DNA of 64,000 nt from an uncultured Candidatus Saccharibacteria bacterium (GCA_964505155.1 CAZDGL010000001.1:1286-65285); one strand, 5' to 3'; shown: positions 1-9,231, counted from the first letter of the stretch. The notes: generated by a model not told the origin, from the letters alone. Numbers and translations are program-made.

Positions 1-368
1 TTAAATCAAAAATAGGTAGATCAGGTACCTCATTGTTCATTACCTGAATCATATAGGCCATGTCCTGCTCATCGAGCACACCTGCAACAGTTTGCCAAAA
101 TCCAGACATGTGTGGACTATTCAGAGTTGCAAAAGTATCTACACCATAACGTGTGTGCATTCCGTCCTTGAATACACCGAACTTCACTTTCCAAGCTGAT
201 CGATCTTTCCAGATAACCTGATATGCTTTACCCGGAACCATCACTGGAGTACCATCAGAATTTCGCTGATGATTCCAGTATTCGATTTCATAAGATGAGA
301 CCAGATAATACGGAGCATTTTTCTGGTGTTTCTTCAACCACTTATCTGTGAACTCGGCTTCACTCATC
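1..368 (-). CDS. hypothetical protein, partial (runs off window start)
   Basis: ATG at 366..368 (minus) opens a frame that stays open to base 1 (MSEAEFTDKWLKKHQ...); it is absent from the ORF track only because no stop lies inside the window. Confidence 0.4.
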
Positions 369-516
369 AATAATCGTTCCCATTTCGCTTATCCCTCAGC
401 TTTATTATTCGTTCATGTTCTTTCATTCGTTTAACATCCAGATACGCTATCCAACCAGCGAATGTGAAAACTGCAACATAAAGAGGGTAAACAATATACC
501 ATGGTGCTAGCATTTG

Positions 517-906
517 TCAACCCCACATTTGAAACACAGGAGTAATCCATTCTGGTGCTTTGGTTCTAGCAAAAAGAACCACACCCATAATATCCTTGAA
601 TGGAACCTTCTGTTTAACCAAGTGAACCCTAGCTTCTTCCATAGAATATCCGGTAGTCAATACGTCGTCTACCAGCAAGAACTTCTTGCCTGTATAATGC
701 TTATACGGCTTTAGAGTCTCGGCTATTTTAGTTCCACCAGAAGGGACTCCATATACATCATAGAATTCCTCCATATTATTGAGAATCAACATAGCAAAAG
801 TATCGATCTCTTCGTCTGTCAGATTGTCGCATTCGATTTTGAACCCAGAAGGTTCACCTGAATGCATGACAAACTGTTTCCGTTGCAACCAATCACTCAT
901 CGTCAT
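517..906 (-). CDS. phosphoribosyltransferase-domain protein (type I PRTase fold)
   Basis: PRPP-binding-like motif FLLVDDVLTTGYSM in a 129 aa ORF. Confidence 0.55.
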   Translation of the reverse strand: MTMSDWLQRKQFVMHSGEPSGFKIECDNLTDEEIDTFAMLILNNMEEFYDVYGVPSGGTKIAETLKPYKHYTGKKFLLVDDVLTTGYSMEEARVHLVKQKVPFKDIMGVVLFARTKAPEWITPVFQMWG

Positions 907-1087
907 TGACCCACATAGTAAAAATTCTGTCTCTAGGAATGATGCATATAGTCTTCATTCCCGAGGACATCGGTCCCATACTGTTGCGAAAATGAAAACA
1001 CTTCGATGTTTCATTATACCAGTAATCATCACATAGAATCGGTAAGTTACTTTTCCAGTCATCAGCAAGAGTTACGGTAATTCTCAT
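893..1087 (-). CDS. small hypothetical protein
   Basis: 64 aa ORF whose start overlaps the gp43 stop, suggesting translational coupling. Confidence 0.3.
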   Translation of the reverse strand: MRITVTLADDWKSNLPILCDDYWYNETSKCFHFRNSMGPMSSGMKTICIIPRDRIFTMWVNDDE

Positions 1088-3636
1088 TCAAATAGATCCT
1101 CTAATGTATCCACATGTACTGTGTTCCAACCCACTGCGTTAGCAATGATTTGAACAGGTTCTCGATATCCCTTATCGAATTGCGTATGATAATCTATAAG
1201 CTTCTCGATATTCAATTCCTTCGGTAGTTCATCAATAAATCCAATAATATTGGATCGAAGTATATTAGGTTCTTTAAGCCACAGATACTTGATCTTATCG
1301 GATTCCACAATCAATGGGTAGTCTTTGTCAAATCCATTGGACTTGATATAGTTGTTATAGACTATAGCCGCACGAACATGTGCTGGACATCCTGATCTAT
1401 ACAACGTTTTAGAATCCGAATACTTCTCAATATTGTTGCATTGCTTGACGAGTGCTATTTCTTTATAGGAAACATCCTGTTTTGTGATACGAAAGGCTTC
1501 GTCCACACATGCAACAAGCTCTTCCTTCGTACCGGACACCATAATCTCGATAGCCTTCTTCATAGGAGGCTTATAGACTTCTGGTGTAGATCCCTTCTGA
1601 ATCTCCAATCCCATGATTTTCAACTTGGGAGTCTTGTATCGGACACCTTCGTCGTCATATGAATTGATGATGTAGCGCTTCTTCTTCGTCCAGATACCTA
1701 TATCCGCAAGAGATTCTCGCTTCATGTGAAGTGCGCTCTTATAGGAATTCAGATATTCTGCGAGATCGTCGCACGAATCGTCAATGACCTTCTGGAGCTT
1801 TTCCTTACATACCTTATCCATGAAATCGATAATCTTCTGGATATCGGTATCAGGCTTCATCACCTTATCGATCAGAGGCTTCAACGTGATATAGCATGAA
1901 TCGGTGTCTAGGTAAAGAACAAACTTCACGTCCTTCGTTCCGCAGACCTTGTTGAGATATTCGTTGATGACCTTCTCAACCCACAAAATTGAAAGCTTTC
2001 CAGTCACAGTAATTCCTGTTGCCTGTCGGACATCATAGTGACGGAAGTGTTCGTTTCCTGTGGCTCCGTAGGCCGAATTAAGGGATACTTTCAGAGCATT
2101 CTGCAGATTCGAATAGGTGGATGCTTCGTTCTTGAGTTGTTCAATCAACTCAATTGCTGTGGTTTCGTTCAGCTTCTTTTTAGCATCCGACATCATTCCC
2201 TTGAACTTCTTACGGTTTGCATACATTTCTTCCATGATCACCGAAAGAAAGCTCTGCTTGTCACGTCTGAATAAGTGACCGTTAGCTGCTAGAGCCAGAT
2301 TGTACTTTTTGAGAATTGAAGTATCAATCTTTTTGTTGAGAAGATTATCTACAGTGATATCATTGAAAGCCATCCACTCGCGGATCTCTTGTGGATAATC
2401 TGCTGGATCCAGAATGGTATCTGGACCAATATTTGAAAGAATGATTAGGTGTGGATATAGGGAGTCAAAGTCAAAGGACACGATATATTCGTGCTTTCCG
2501 GTAATCGGTTCTTTGACATAGGCACCTTCATACTTTTCCTTCTTCTCTCGGTCCTTCTGAGGTGGAACTACGATGTTGTCGCGCTTCAGACGATTGAAGA
2601 TGATAGCATCCCACATTGTAACCTGCTGGAAAGCGTCCTCGAAATTCACCTTTGCCTGATATGCCAGAGTGAAAACCAGCGACAGCACGTTCAGCTTGGC
2701 ATCCATCCGATCAATCAGACGAACGTCCTGAATGTTGTACTCAATGAATTTCTGGGGATTAGTTAGATGGAGCTTTCGGATACCACCTTCTTCTGTGATT
2801 GGAATCTTTCGTTCGTTTAATTCGATAAAAGCAATCGTGTCCAGCTTGTGATTTGGCTTGGATACTCCACCGGGAACGAACTTCTTATACATATCCAGAT
2901 AGTCGAGAATTGCAATTCCAATTATCTTCTTTGTGTGATAAGATTTGTCAATGGTGATGTGAACTTCTTTTTCGTAAACAATTCCCCATGGTGATAGTGA
3001 GTCAGCTTTCTCCTTACCGAAGAGCTTCTCAATTCTAGCATGTAGGTAGGGAACGTCGAAGCCTGCGATATACCAACCTGTGAGCACATCCGGGTAATCG
3101 GATGTCCATAGATTGAGGAAACGGAGGATTAGATCTGCTTCATCCCGACACTTGTAGTAGATGACATCATCGAACTTGTTTTCGTATTCAACGCACGAGA
3201 ATACATGATATTGTTCGTTCAACTGCAGCGTGATAGCTGTGATTGCTTCACGGGGATTTGCTGCCTTAGGGAATCCATAGACGGATTCTGTTTCAATATC
3301 GATCTTGGCAATCAGGAGCTTCTTGATATCGTACTCGACGTGTTCCTGTGGGAATTGCTCCGATATGAAGGCATATTCGTGCCTCGTATTGCCGAACCAA
3401 TGGAAGTTATCGATCTTCGAATATTCGTCCACGAACTGCTTACAGTCATAGATTGAATCAAAGTGGATTGGTTCGACGGAGCGACCATCAATCGTTTTGA
3501 ATCTAGTTTCTTTATCCGACAAAAGATAAAGGGTAGGAGCGAATCCTACCCTTTCTGAAATCCGTTCTCCATCTTCAATACCTCGATAGAGAATTTTGCC
3601 TTTGTGTAATTGTACGTTGGTGTAAAAATCTGTCAT
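1084..3636 (-). CDS. 43: DNA polymerase, family B (T4 gp43-like)
   Basis: 850 aa; exonuclease motif IAKIDIETE; polymerase motif LYLDTDSCY (YGDTDS-type); collinear with T4 gp43. Confidence 0.95.
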   Translation of the reverse strand: MTDFYTNVQLHKGKILYRGIEDGERISERVGFAPTLYLLSDKETRFKTIDGRSVEPIHFDSIYDCKQFVDEYSKIDNFHWFGNTRHEYAFISEQFPQEHVEYDIKKLLIAKIDIETESVYGFPKAANPREAITAITLQLNEQYHVFSCVEYENKFDDVIYYKCRDEADLILRFLNLWTSDYPDVLTGWYIAGFDVPYLHARIEKLFGKEKADSLSPWGIVYEKEVHITIDKSYHTKKIIGIAILDYLDMYKKFVPGGVSKPNHKLDTIAFIELNERKIPITEEGGIRKLHLTNPQKFIEYNIQDVRLIDRMDAKLNVLSLVFTLAYQAKVNFEDAFQQVTMWDAIIFNRLKRDNIVVPPQKDREKKEKYEGAYVKEPITGKHEYIVSFDFDSLYPHLIILSNIGPDTILDPADYPQEIREWMAFNDITVDNLLNKKIDTSILKKYNLALAANGHLFRRDKQSFLSVIMEEMYANRKKFKGMMSDAKKKLNETTAIELIEQLKNEASTYSNLQNALKVSLNSAYGATGNEHFRHYDVRQATGITVTGKLSILWVEKVINEYLNKVCGTKDVKFVLYLDTDSCYITLKPLIDKVMKPDTDIQKIIDFMDKVCKEKLQKVIDDSCDDLAEYLNSYKSALHMKRESLADIGIWTKKKRYIINSYDDEGVRYKTPKLKIMGLEIQKGSTPEVYKPPMKKAIEIMVSGTKEELVACVDEAFRITKQDVSYKEIALVKQCNNIEKYSDSKTLYRSGCPAHVRAAIVYNNYIKSNGFDKDYPLIVESDKIKYLWLKEPNILRSNIIGFIDELPKELNIEKLIDYHTQFDKGYREPVQIIANAVGWNTVHVDTLEDLFE

Positions 3637-3965
3637 TAGACCCTTAGGTTTACGATTGGTTGGGTAGGCATCAGGATGGAAGAATGCCGCTCCTTGTAGT
3701 TCTTCACCAATTCAGGAGACACTTCTTCGAACTTGAATGCAATAGAGTTGTCACTGATGTCAATGCTGACATTCTTCCCATCCTTAGCATACGGAAGGAA
3801 ATCCAGCAAGACAATTCCGAGCCCAGTCTGAGTTGGTTGAAGGATAATTCGGTCGGGATTTCGAACCGTCACTCGACCATTGTAAAGTACGGTCTTTTCA
3901 TCAACTTCACCGATGATCTCTTCACCTGTGTTCAGCTTGATCATCATAACCTTAGTTTCGCTCAT
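3636..3965 (-). CDS. hypothetical protein
   Basis: 109 aa ORF, start overlapping the upstream gene stop. Confidence 0.4.
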   Translation of the reverse strand: MSETKVMMIKLNTGEEIIGEVDEKTVLYNGRVTVRNPDRIILQPTQTGLGIVLLDFLPYAKDGKNVSIDISDNSIAFKFEEVSPELVKNYKERHSSILMPTQPIVNLRV

Positions 3966-4240
3966 TTGGACTCCTTAATGATTTTTCGTAGATCTGGACG
4001 AGTTTCCGAAACATCAATCACGATCCACCGATATGCTGGTAGCGTGACCTTCTGTTTGGTTTCGTGGTGATTGTAGTAATAGAAATTTTCGGGATCAGGA
4101 AACTTACCGATAAGCTCCCATAGACCATCATATGCTCGCTTTTTGGCAGCGAATTCCAATGCGTCAGAACGCGTCATTATCAATTCCAATGTTATTGAAG
4201 GGAAATGACAGGTGTTTAACGTGCTGATCCTGTCAAGCAT
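3962..4240 (-). CDS. hypothetical protein
   Basis: 92 aa ORF. Confidence 0.35.
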   Translation of the reverse strand: MLDRISTLNTCHFPSITLELIMTRSDALEFAAKKRAYDGLWELIGKFPDPENFYYYNHHETKQKVTLPAYRWIVIDVSETRPDLRKIIKESK

Positions 4241-4271
4241 CGAAATGGTCTGCGTGGGAGGATTTGACTCC

Positions 4272-4772
4272 TCACACTAAAGAGTGGTCTGGACAGCAGG
4301 GATCGAACCTGCGATCTGAAGTTTCCAAAACTCCCGGATTACCCCTTTCCCATGCCCAGATATATTCATCTATAATAGGTTGAATTTCTTGTTTATATCG
4401 ACTGTGAACATATTGATGATGTGTTGGACACAATGGCACTAAGTTTTCTGGTCGATTGTCACTATGGTCTTCGTTAACGTGATGTGCGGCAACGATCTTT
4501 TCTTCACCGCATATCAAACACTTTTTTCCATGATAAAAGAAACATGTTGATTGATAACTATCTTGCTTCCAATTACCATGTTTGTCTCCTGTTCGAAAAT
4601 ATGTATTTGAACAAGAATAACTACAAGTTACTGATTCACTTGTAAATTCTTTTGAACAAACAGGACATTTTTTAATTCCTTGACATGCTAACAAATGTCT
4701 GTTTAAAGAATTATTAGCAACTAATTTTCTACATTTCTGGCATTCTATTTTTGGATATTTTCTTGGTGACAT
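4272..4772 (-). CDS. HNH endonuclease (putative homing endonuclease) with N-terminal Cys-rich region
   Basis: HNH motif CLICGEEKIVAAHHVNEDHSDNRPENLVPLCPTHH; the C-terminal 29 codons read through tRNA-Pro; a CATAAATA motif plus an SD-containing hairpin lie upstream (4775..4798). Confidence 0.7.
   Translation of the reverse strand: MSPRKYPKIECQKCRKLVANNSLNRHLLACQGIKKCPVCSKEFTSESVTCSYSCSNTYFRTGDKHGNWKQDSYQSTCFFYHGKKCLICGEEKIVAAHHVNEDHSDNRPENLVPLCPTHHQYVHSRYKQEIQPIIDEYIWAWERGNPGVLETSDRRFDPCCPDHSLV
4285..4359 (-). tRNA. tRNA-Pro (anticodon UGG)
   Basis: Manual cloverleaf: acceptor CTGGGCA/TGTCCAG (one G.U), anticodon stem GGAGT/ACTTC, loop TTTGGAA, T-arm GCAGG-TTCGATC-CCTGC, CCA encoded. Confidence 0.7.
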
Positions 4773-5140
4773 TTAGATCCTCTTCGGATCTATTTATGTT
4801 ACCAGTTTGAAATATACTCCAAATCAGGTAGGGACGGCCAGACTCCCCTACACACAGTTATTCTAAAAGCAATATGGAGGTTTTTATGATGGGATAACCT
4901 CCAACCCCAATATATCCAATTTTATTCCAATCTAATCAACAAAGCCTCTCAGTCTTAGCTGAGATTGGATAGGCTATTGTAGCCATTTACGCGCTTCGCG
5001 TTGCGATCTACATGATAGTCTCCATATCTTGATCAAAACCCCCATCCTCTAGTCCGCGTGGGGAGTCGCTTTGGATATGATTATATTTAGCTCCCTTTAG
5101 AGGAGAATGCAAGGGATTTTTTCGATCCCTTGCAGATTTT

Positions 5141-5716
5141 TTAGTCGTGCTCGAATTCCTCGACGTTGATACCTTCACGCGTGACATAAACGGCAACGTG
5201 ATTACCGAACATTGCTTGATAGACATCTTCTGGAATATCCTCAAGCGTCTTCACAAATTCCGAGACCAGATCAATCTCGTCCCGAACTTCCTGTGGAAGA
5301 GCTTCGTATAAAGAAACCTGTTCTTCATACCAAATCAGCCTGTCGCGATTTGCAAAAGCATAGTCCGATGGCTTTCGCATATTGTGTTCGATTGCATCGT
5401 CCTCAAAGATATATGGACGAGGATGGTCACCATACTCTTCGTGCTCTTCGGAATTAACATAGGAATCCCGAACCGCATAGATCCCATTGCGACTAAAATA
5501 GCATTCATCACCGTCATTAAAGTATGGAGTATACTGAGTCCATGTCAGCATATGTAGGTGGGGTGCATACTTGAAGATGTTCTGGAACATATCATGAGCA
5601 GACTTCTGGAATTCTTCCATCAAAGCCTTCTGGGCTTCCTTGAATGAATCCACAAGCTTCTTATGCTCGACACTTACCTTATTCACGATATTGCGTACTT
5701 CACTACTATCAGTCAT
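5141..5716 (-). CDS. hypothetical protein
   Basis: 191 aa ORF; a GC-hairpin with a T tract lies downstream (5100..5140). Confidence 0.4.
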   Translation of the reverse strand: MTDSSEVRNIVNKVSVEHKKLVDSFKEAQKALMEEFQKSAHDMFQNIFKYAPHLHMLTWTQYTPYFNDGDECYFSRNGIYAVRDSYVNSEEHEEYGDHPRPYIFEDDAIEHNMRKPSDYAFANRDRLIWYEEQVSLYEALPQEVRDEIDLVSEFVKTLEDIPEDVYQAMFGNHVAVYVTREGINVEEFEHD

Positions 5717-6122
5717 TTAGTTCTCCATTGAATGTCATAACTTGTTTGAGTTTTTGTTCTCGCTTCGCTTCAGAACCAAGCATCCACGGTTCTATCTGCA
5801 TGGTGCGGAACCATTTTTCCATGGAAGGGATCTCTCCCATGTCTTCCATTACGTGCTGTTCACCCACATCACGTACGGAAACCTTCTTCCCATCGGAATT
5901 GGTGATTACCGTACCGAACACTCGTTCGGCAACAAAGATGCCGAATGCCGAATGAAGGATTGCTCGATGTCGAACGTCGGCAATCACCTGTTTGGTAGAA
6001 TCGAAGAAATCATGAATAGGAAGATAATCTTCAGGGATTCCACCAAATCGTTTTGCTGAACTGCGTGCATGAATGTATGGTTTAATTGTCGTATCTCCTA
6101 TATAATAAGAAAGGGAAACCAC
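5709..6122 (-). CDS. hypothetical protein
   Basis: 137 aa ORF. Confidence 0.4.
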   Translation of the reverse strand: MVSLSYYIGDTTIKPYIHARSSAKRFGGIPEDYLPIHDFFDSTKQVIADVRHRAILHSAFGIFVAERVFGTVITNSDGKKVSVRDVGEQHVMEDMGEIPSMEKWFRTMQIEPWMLGSEAKREQKLKQVMTFNGELND

Positions 6123-6703
6123 TAATGTTTTATACAGTATATAAGATCACCAATAGAGTCAATCAAAAAACATACATAGGAATGCACAAAACTAGTATCA
6201 TCAACGATGATTACATGGGTTCTGGTGAACTTATAAAAAACGCTATTAAGAAATATGGTATAGACAATTTTATCAAAGATGTTCTTTTCATTTATGATAA
6301 TAAAGAAGACATGAAAAATAAAGAAATTGAACTGGTAAACGATGAATACTTAAATAGTGGAATGACTTACAACCTATGTTATGGTGGTCATGGTGGTTCT
6401 AGAAGAAAAGGTGTTATTTTAACTGAAGAGTTAAAAACTAAGATTTCAAAATCCGTAAAGATAGCTATGAACAACCCTACATTAAAAGCTCATCTTTCTA
6501 AAAAAAGACTGGGAAAGAAAGCCAGTATGAAAACTCGACAAAAATCATCTAAGAGTCACAAAACTCTTAGATGGATCTCTGATATTGAAAATCAAAAATC
6601 CATCTTTGTTCATTTTCACGAAGCAGAAAAATTAATCTCTACTGGAAAGTGGATTCAAGGAAGAAAATATGGATTTGATCCAAGACATGGAAAGGATTCA
6701 TGA
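6086..6703 (+). CDS. GIY-YIG homing endonuclease (Seg-like) with NUMOD3 repeats
   Basis: N-terminus MFYTVYKITNRVNQKTYIGMHKT...YMGSG (GIY-YIG); C-terminal NUMOD3-like repeats TEELKTKISKSVK / HLSKKRLGKKASMK. Confidence 0.75.
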   Translation: MSYLLYNKKGKPLMFYTVYKITNRVNQKTYIGMHKTSIINDDYMGSGELIKNAIKKYGIDNFIKDVLFIYDNKEDMKNKEIELVNDEYLNSGMTYNLCYGGHGGSRRKGVILTEELKTKISKSVKIAMNNPTLKAHLSKKRLGKKASMKTRQKSSKSHKTLRWISDIENQKSIFVHFHEAEKLISTGKWIQGRKYGFDPRHGKDS

Positions 6704-6717
6704 TCCGTACTTTCCCA

Positions 6718-6951
6718 TCACATAAAAGAAGCCAACGAAGGCAACACAGCAGCAAAAGAATTCATTTCGTTCTCATTATCAAACTGATAGAGGATCTCTC
6801 GTTGAAAGTTCTCAATACCATGTTTAGCAATAGCACGTTGAAGATGTTTTCCTGAACCCAAGTATCCGTCGTCTAGAATTTCAGTCTGGTGCTTTCCTCG
6901 ATAAACTTTCCTATCTATTAAGTTAGTGGTCTGGTATACAATGTAATGCAT
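6718..6951 (-). pseudogene. truncated GIY-YIG endonuclease (catalytic domain only, 77 aa)
   Basis: The first 60 aa match the 211 and 218 aa paralogs almost exactly (MHYIVYQTTNL...YLGSG...ENFQREILYQFDNE) and then diverge and stop; a convergent GIY-YIG gene lies immediately downstream. Confidence 0.6.
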
Positions 6952-6958
6952 TAAAAAG

Positions 6959-7003
6959 AAATCCCTAGAATCCGTTTACTATTATTTAGGATTCTAGGGA
7001 TTT
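6959..7003 (-). promoter_or_regulatory. 15-bp-stem hairpin with conserved loop CTAAATAATAGTAAAC (late-promoter-like) sequestering the SD
   Basis: aaatccctagaatcc / ggattctagggattt stems; the loop is identical to the 40081..40095 loop; the stem sequence covaries with the paralogous hairpins. Confidence 0.6.
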
Positions 7004-7008
7004 CAATG

Positions 7009-7093
7009 CGGAAGGTTAGGGAGTCGAACCCTAGCTACCTTGCGGTAGGCTTCAGCTTTCCAAGCTGGCACATTACCACTCTGTCAACCTTCC
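7009..7093 (-). tRNA. tRNA-Ser (anticodon GGA), type II
   Basis: Acceptor GGAAGGT/ACCTTCC, 3-bp D-stem, anticodon loop TTGGAAA, long variable arm CTACC-GCAA-GGTAG, T-loop TTCGACT; 27:43 C.A mismatch. Confidence 0.6.
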
Positions 7094-7098
7094 AAAAA

Positions 7099-7186
7099 TG
7101 GAGGAGCATTCGGGGATCGAACCCGCGCTACCTTTCGGTAGACCTTCGCTTAGCAAGCGAGTACATTACCACTCTGTCAATACTCC
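7099..7186 (-). tRNA. tRNA-Ser (anticodon GCU), type II
   Basis: Acceptor GGAGTAT/ATGCTCC, anticodon stem CTCGC/GCGAG, loop TTGCTAA, long variable arm, T-arm GCGGG-TTCGATC-CCCGC, CCA encoded. Confidence 0.7.
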
Positions 7187-7197
7187 AGTGAAGATAT

Positions 7198-7599
7198 TTA
7201 TGCTCCTTCAGCAACCAACAGCGAAGTTTCTGGATTCAGAATCATTCGGGAAAGCTGAACCACAGTAGTCTGACTCTCAGTTGCGAATCCATAGAGTGCA
7301 AGAACTTCCATGAGTGCGGTTGCGAAAGCCTCCGTCGTGGCATCAAAGGCATCGGTGACCAGCTTCGAATCCGGATCCGAATTGCGGATTTCGTCACCAT
7401 CGTAATCCAGCGTCGACAGCTTGTTGAAGACGATAGCATTGCGGATCTGAGTATTCAGATCGCTATCTGGATTGATAATATCCAGAAGGAAGTTGGTATA
7501 AATTCGATCCAGTAGGATGTTCGCACCCTTCTTCACAGTTTCGTGCTGCTCAACCGGAAGGTTTTCGGTCAGTGCTGCAATCAAAGTTTCACGGCTCAT
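7198..7599 (-). CDS. hypothetical protein
   Basis: 133 aa ORF. Confidence 0.4.
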   Translation of the reverse strand: MSRETLIAALTENLPVEQHETVKKGANILLDRIYTNFLLDIINPDSDLNTQIRNAIVFNKLSTLDYDGDEIRNSDPDSKLVTDAFDATTEAFATALMEVLALYGFATESQTTVVQLSRMILNPETSLLVAEGA

Positions 7600-7916
7600 A
7601 TAATCTCTCCATAAACGTTGGTTAGGTGTTTCAAGTGGTGTTTCCCCACCGAAACTGATTCGGTAGGACTTAGACGTCCCTGCAGAATAGGAGCGTCATC
7701 CCATTCCCTGTAGTAGTTGGGAGTGAACAATTCATATCCCGATTTCTCGAAGTCTGCAAATGGTTTGATAGCATCCGCAACACGCAAGAATTGCATGTGA
7801 CTTTCACGCAACATACCGACAAGCTCATAGAGGACGACCTTCTTAGTATCGTCCCCTACATCATGAATAATCGATTCCACGAAATCGGCAAACAGAGGGA
7901 GCTTATTCACATTCAT
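7596..7916 (-). CDS. hypothetical protein
   Basis: 106 aa ORF overlapping the previous stop. Confidence 0.4.
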   Translation of the reverse strand: MNVNKLPLFADFVESIIHDVGDDTKKVVLYELVGMLRESHMQFLRVADAIKPFADFEKSGYELFTPNYYREWDDAPILQGRLSPTESVSVGKHHLKHLTNVYGEII

Positions 7917-8058
7917 GCATCGACGTCCTTGATTGAGGGATTAAACGGAACTTCCATAAGCTCGTTTAGAATCTCTCTATCAAGCTTTCTCAATTAATAG
8001 TCGATCTGTCTGCGAAGATCAAGCAGGAAATCAATAAGCTCGGATCTTTCTTTGTCGT

Positions 8059-8457
8059 TCACTCGTCACTCTCCAAAAAGTATATGAAGTTCTTGTCTGC
8101 GGTGAAATTCGTAATGACGATGTTATAATACCCTTCGTCGGGTACGTCAAACGAAATCTCCTGCACACATCCCTTTTCTAAGGCACCTGCAATAGGTTCA
8201 CTCTCGTCTTCCTCGGTGGACGGATCGTCCATAGGAGCAACAAAAATTCCGAAATTTACTTCATCTTTTGCTTCACAATCTGGTGAAACTAGCGTAAGTG
8301 TGCTATGACTGGAAGGATCGAACTTGTTCAGGAATACAAGAGAAGAATTGGCAAACAACTTCCCACTGACGAACATCGGATATCCCTGCGGTGCAGCGAA
8401 TGCACCGACAGTCAACATACCAACGATAGCTGAACTTAGAACCAGATTTTTAAGCAT
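8059..8457 (-). CDS. secreted or periplasmic protein with signal peptide
   Basis: An internal Met gives MLKNLVLSSAIVGMLTVGAFA (signal-peptide-like) then an acidic mature region; the track ORF extends to 8511. Confidence 0.45.
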   Translation of the reverse strand: MLKNLVLSSAIVGMLTVGAFAAPQGYPMFVSGKLFANSSLVFLNKFDPSSHSTLTLVSPDCEAKDEVNFGIFVAPMDDPSTEEDESEPIAGALEKGCVQEISFDVPDEGYYNIVITNFTADKNFIYFLESDE

Positions 8458-8462
8458 TGTAG

Positions 8463-8657
8463 TCACTCCTTTTTGTTGTAGAACAATTCCGCTCCTGCGA
8501 CAAGCATACATCCGCTTGCTGAGCCAACGATAATAACTGCGAGAATGAATTGGAGGATAGTTTCCATATTTTCCATTACTCCTGATGCGAACGAGGCAAG
8601 ACCAAGCGAAGCAGTAGCAAAGATGAAAGCACGCATAACAAAAAACCTCTCGTTCAT
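8463..8657 (-). CDS. small hydrophobic membrane protein
   Basis: 64 aa ORF with two hydrophobic segments. Confidence 0.3.
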   Translation of the reverse strand: MNERFFVMRAFIFATASLGLASFASGVMENMETILQFILAVIIVGSASGCMLVAGAELFYNKKE

Positions 8658-8791
8658 TTCTGAAGAGAGGTTAGCTCATTTCTACAAAAGAGTCAAGTGG
8701 TTTTTAAAAGAAAAGTGGTGCTTCTAGAAGAAATCGAATCTTCGACTATCCCTTACCAAAGGATTATTTTACCATTAGAACTATAGAAGCA

Positions 8792-8867
8792 TGGTGCTTT
8801 CAATCAGGTTCGAACTGATGGCCTTTGCCGTGTCGAGGCAACGCTCTCCCAACTGAGCTATGAAAGC
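8792..8867 (-). tRNA. tRNA-Val (anticodon GAC)
   Basis: Acceptor GCTTTCA/TGAAAGC, D-arm GCTC-AGTTGGGA-GAGC, anticodon stem TTGCC/GGCAA, loop TCGACAC (C33), T-arm ATCAG-TTCGAAC-CTGAT, CCA encoded. Confidence 0.55.
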
Positions 8868-9214
8868 AAATTTAAGTGATCGGTAACCCCAATAAATTCA
8901 TCCCGATAATCTGGACCGATTGCTGCGCAGGTTAGAGTCGGTACACCATCGAATACGGTTCGACCTTCGTCCACAATAATAGCGGTAATCAATCCACGGT
9001 ACTTTGCTACATCAACAACCTGAAGCAACTCTTCCTCAGATTTGACTTCCAACACTACCTTAGTGAAGGAATCATTATAAAGCCACTCTAAAACGCGAGT
9101 ATCATCCATATTTTCGACGGTTGCCTTCAGTGAAGCATGTGCTCCCTGAGAAACCATCTTTCCTGCTCCCATACCAATATCAGTACGCATCAGGATAATC
9201 TGCTTTAGGTCCAT
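8858..9214 (-). CDS. peptidyl-tRNA hydrolase, PTH2 family
   Basis: IILMRTDIGMGAGKMVSQGAHASLKA matches the PTH2 signature (R.DL.MGKGK..AQ..HA); ATG at 9212..9214 with a GGAAGG SD; the track uses an upstream TTG. Confidence 0.75.
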   Translation of the reverse strand: MDLKQIILMRTDIGMGAGKMVSQGAHASLKATVENMDDTRVLEWLYNDSFTKVVLEVKSEEELLQVVDVAKYRGLITAIIVDEGRTVFDGVPTLTCAAIGPDYRDEFIGVTDHLNLLS

Positions 9215-9231
9215 GACCAACCTTCCAAAAA

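Noticed and set aside
7006-7191. 61-aa plus-strand ORF
   Set aside because: Lies entirely over the two minus-strand tRNA-Ser genes; translation of tRNA DNA.
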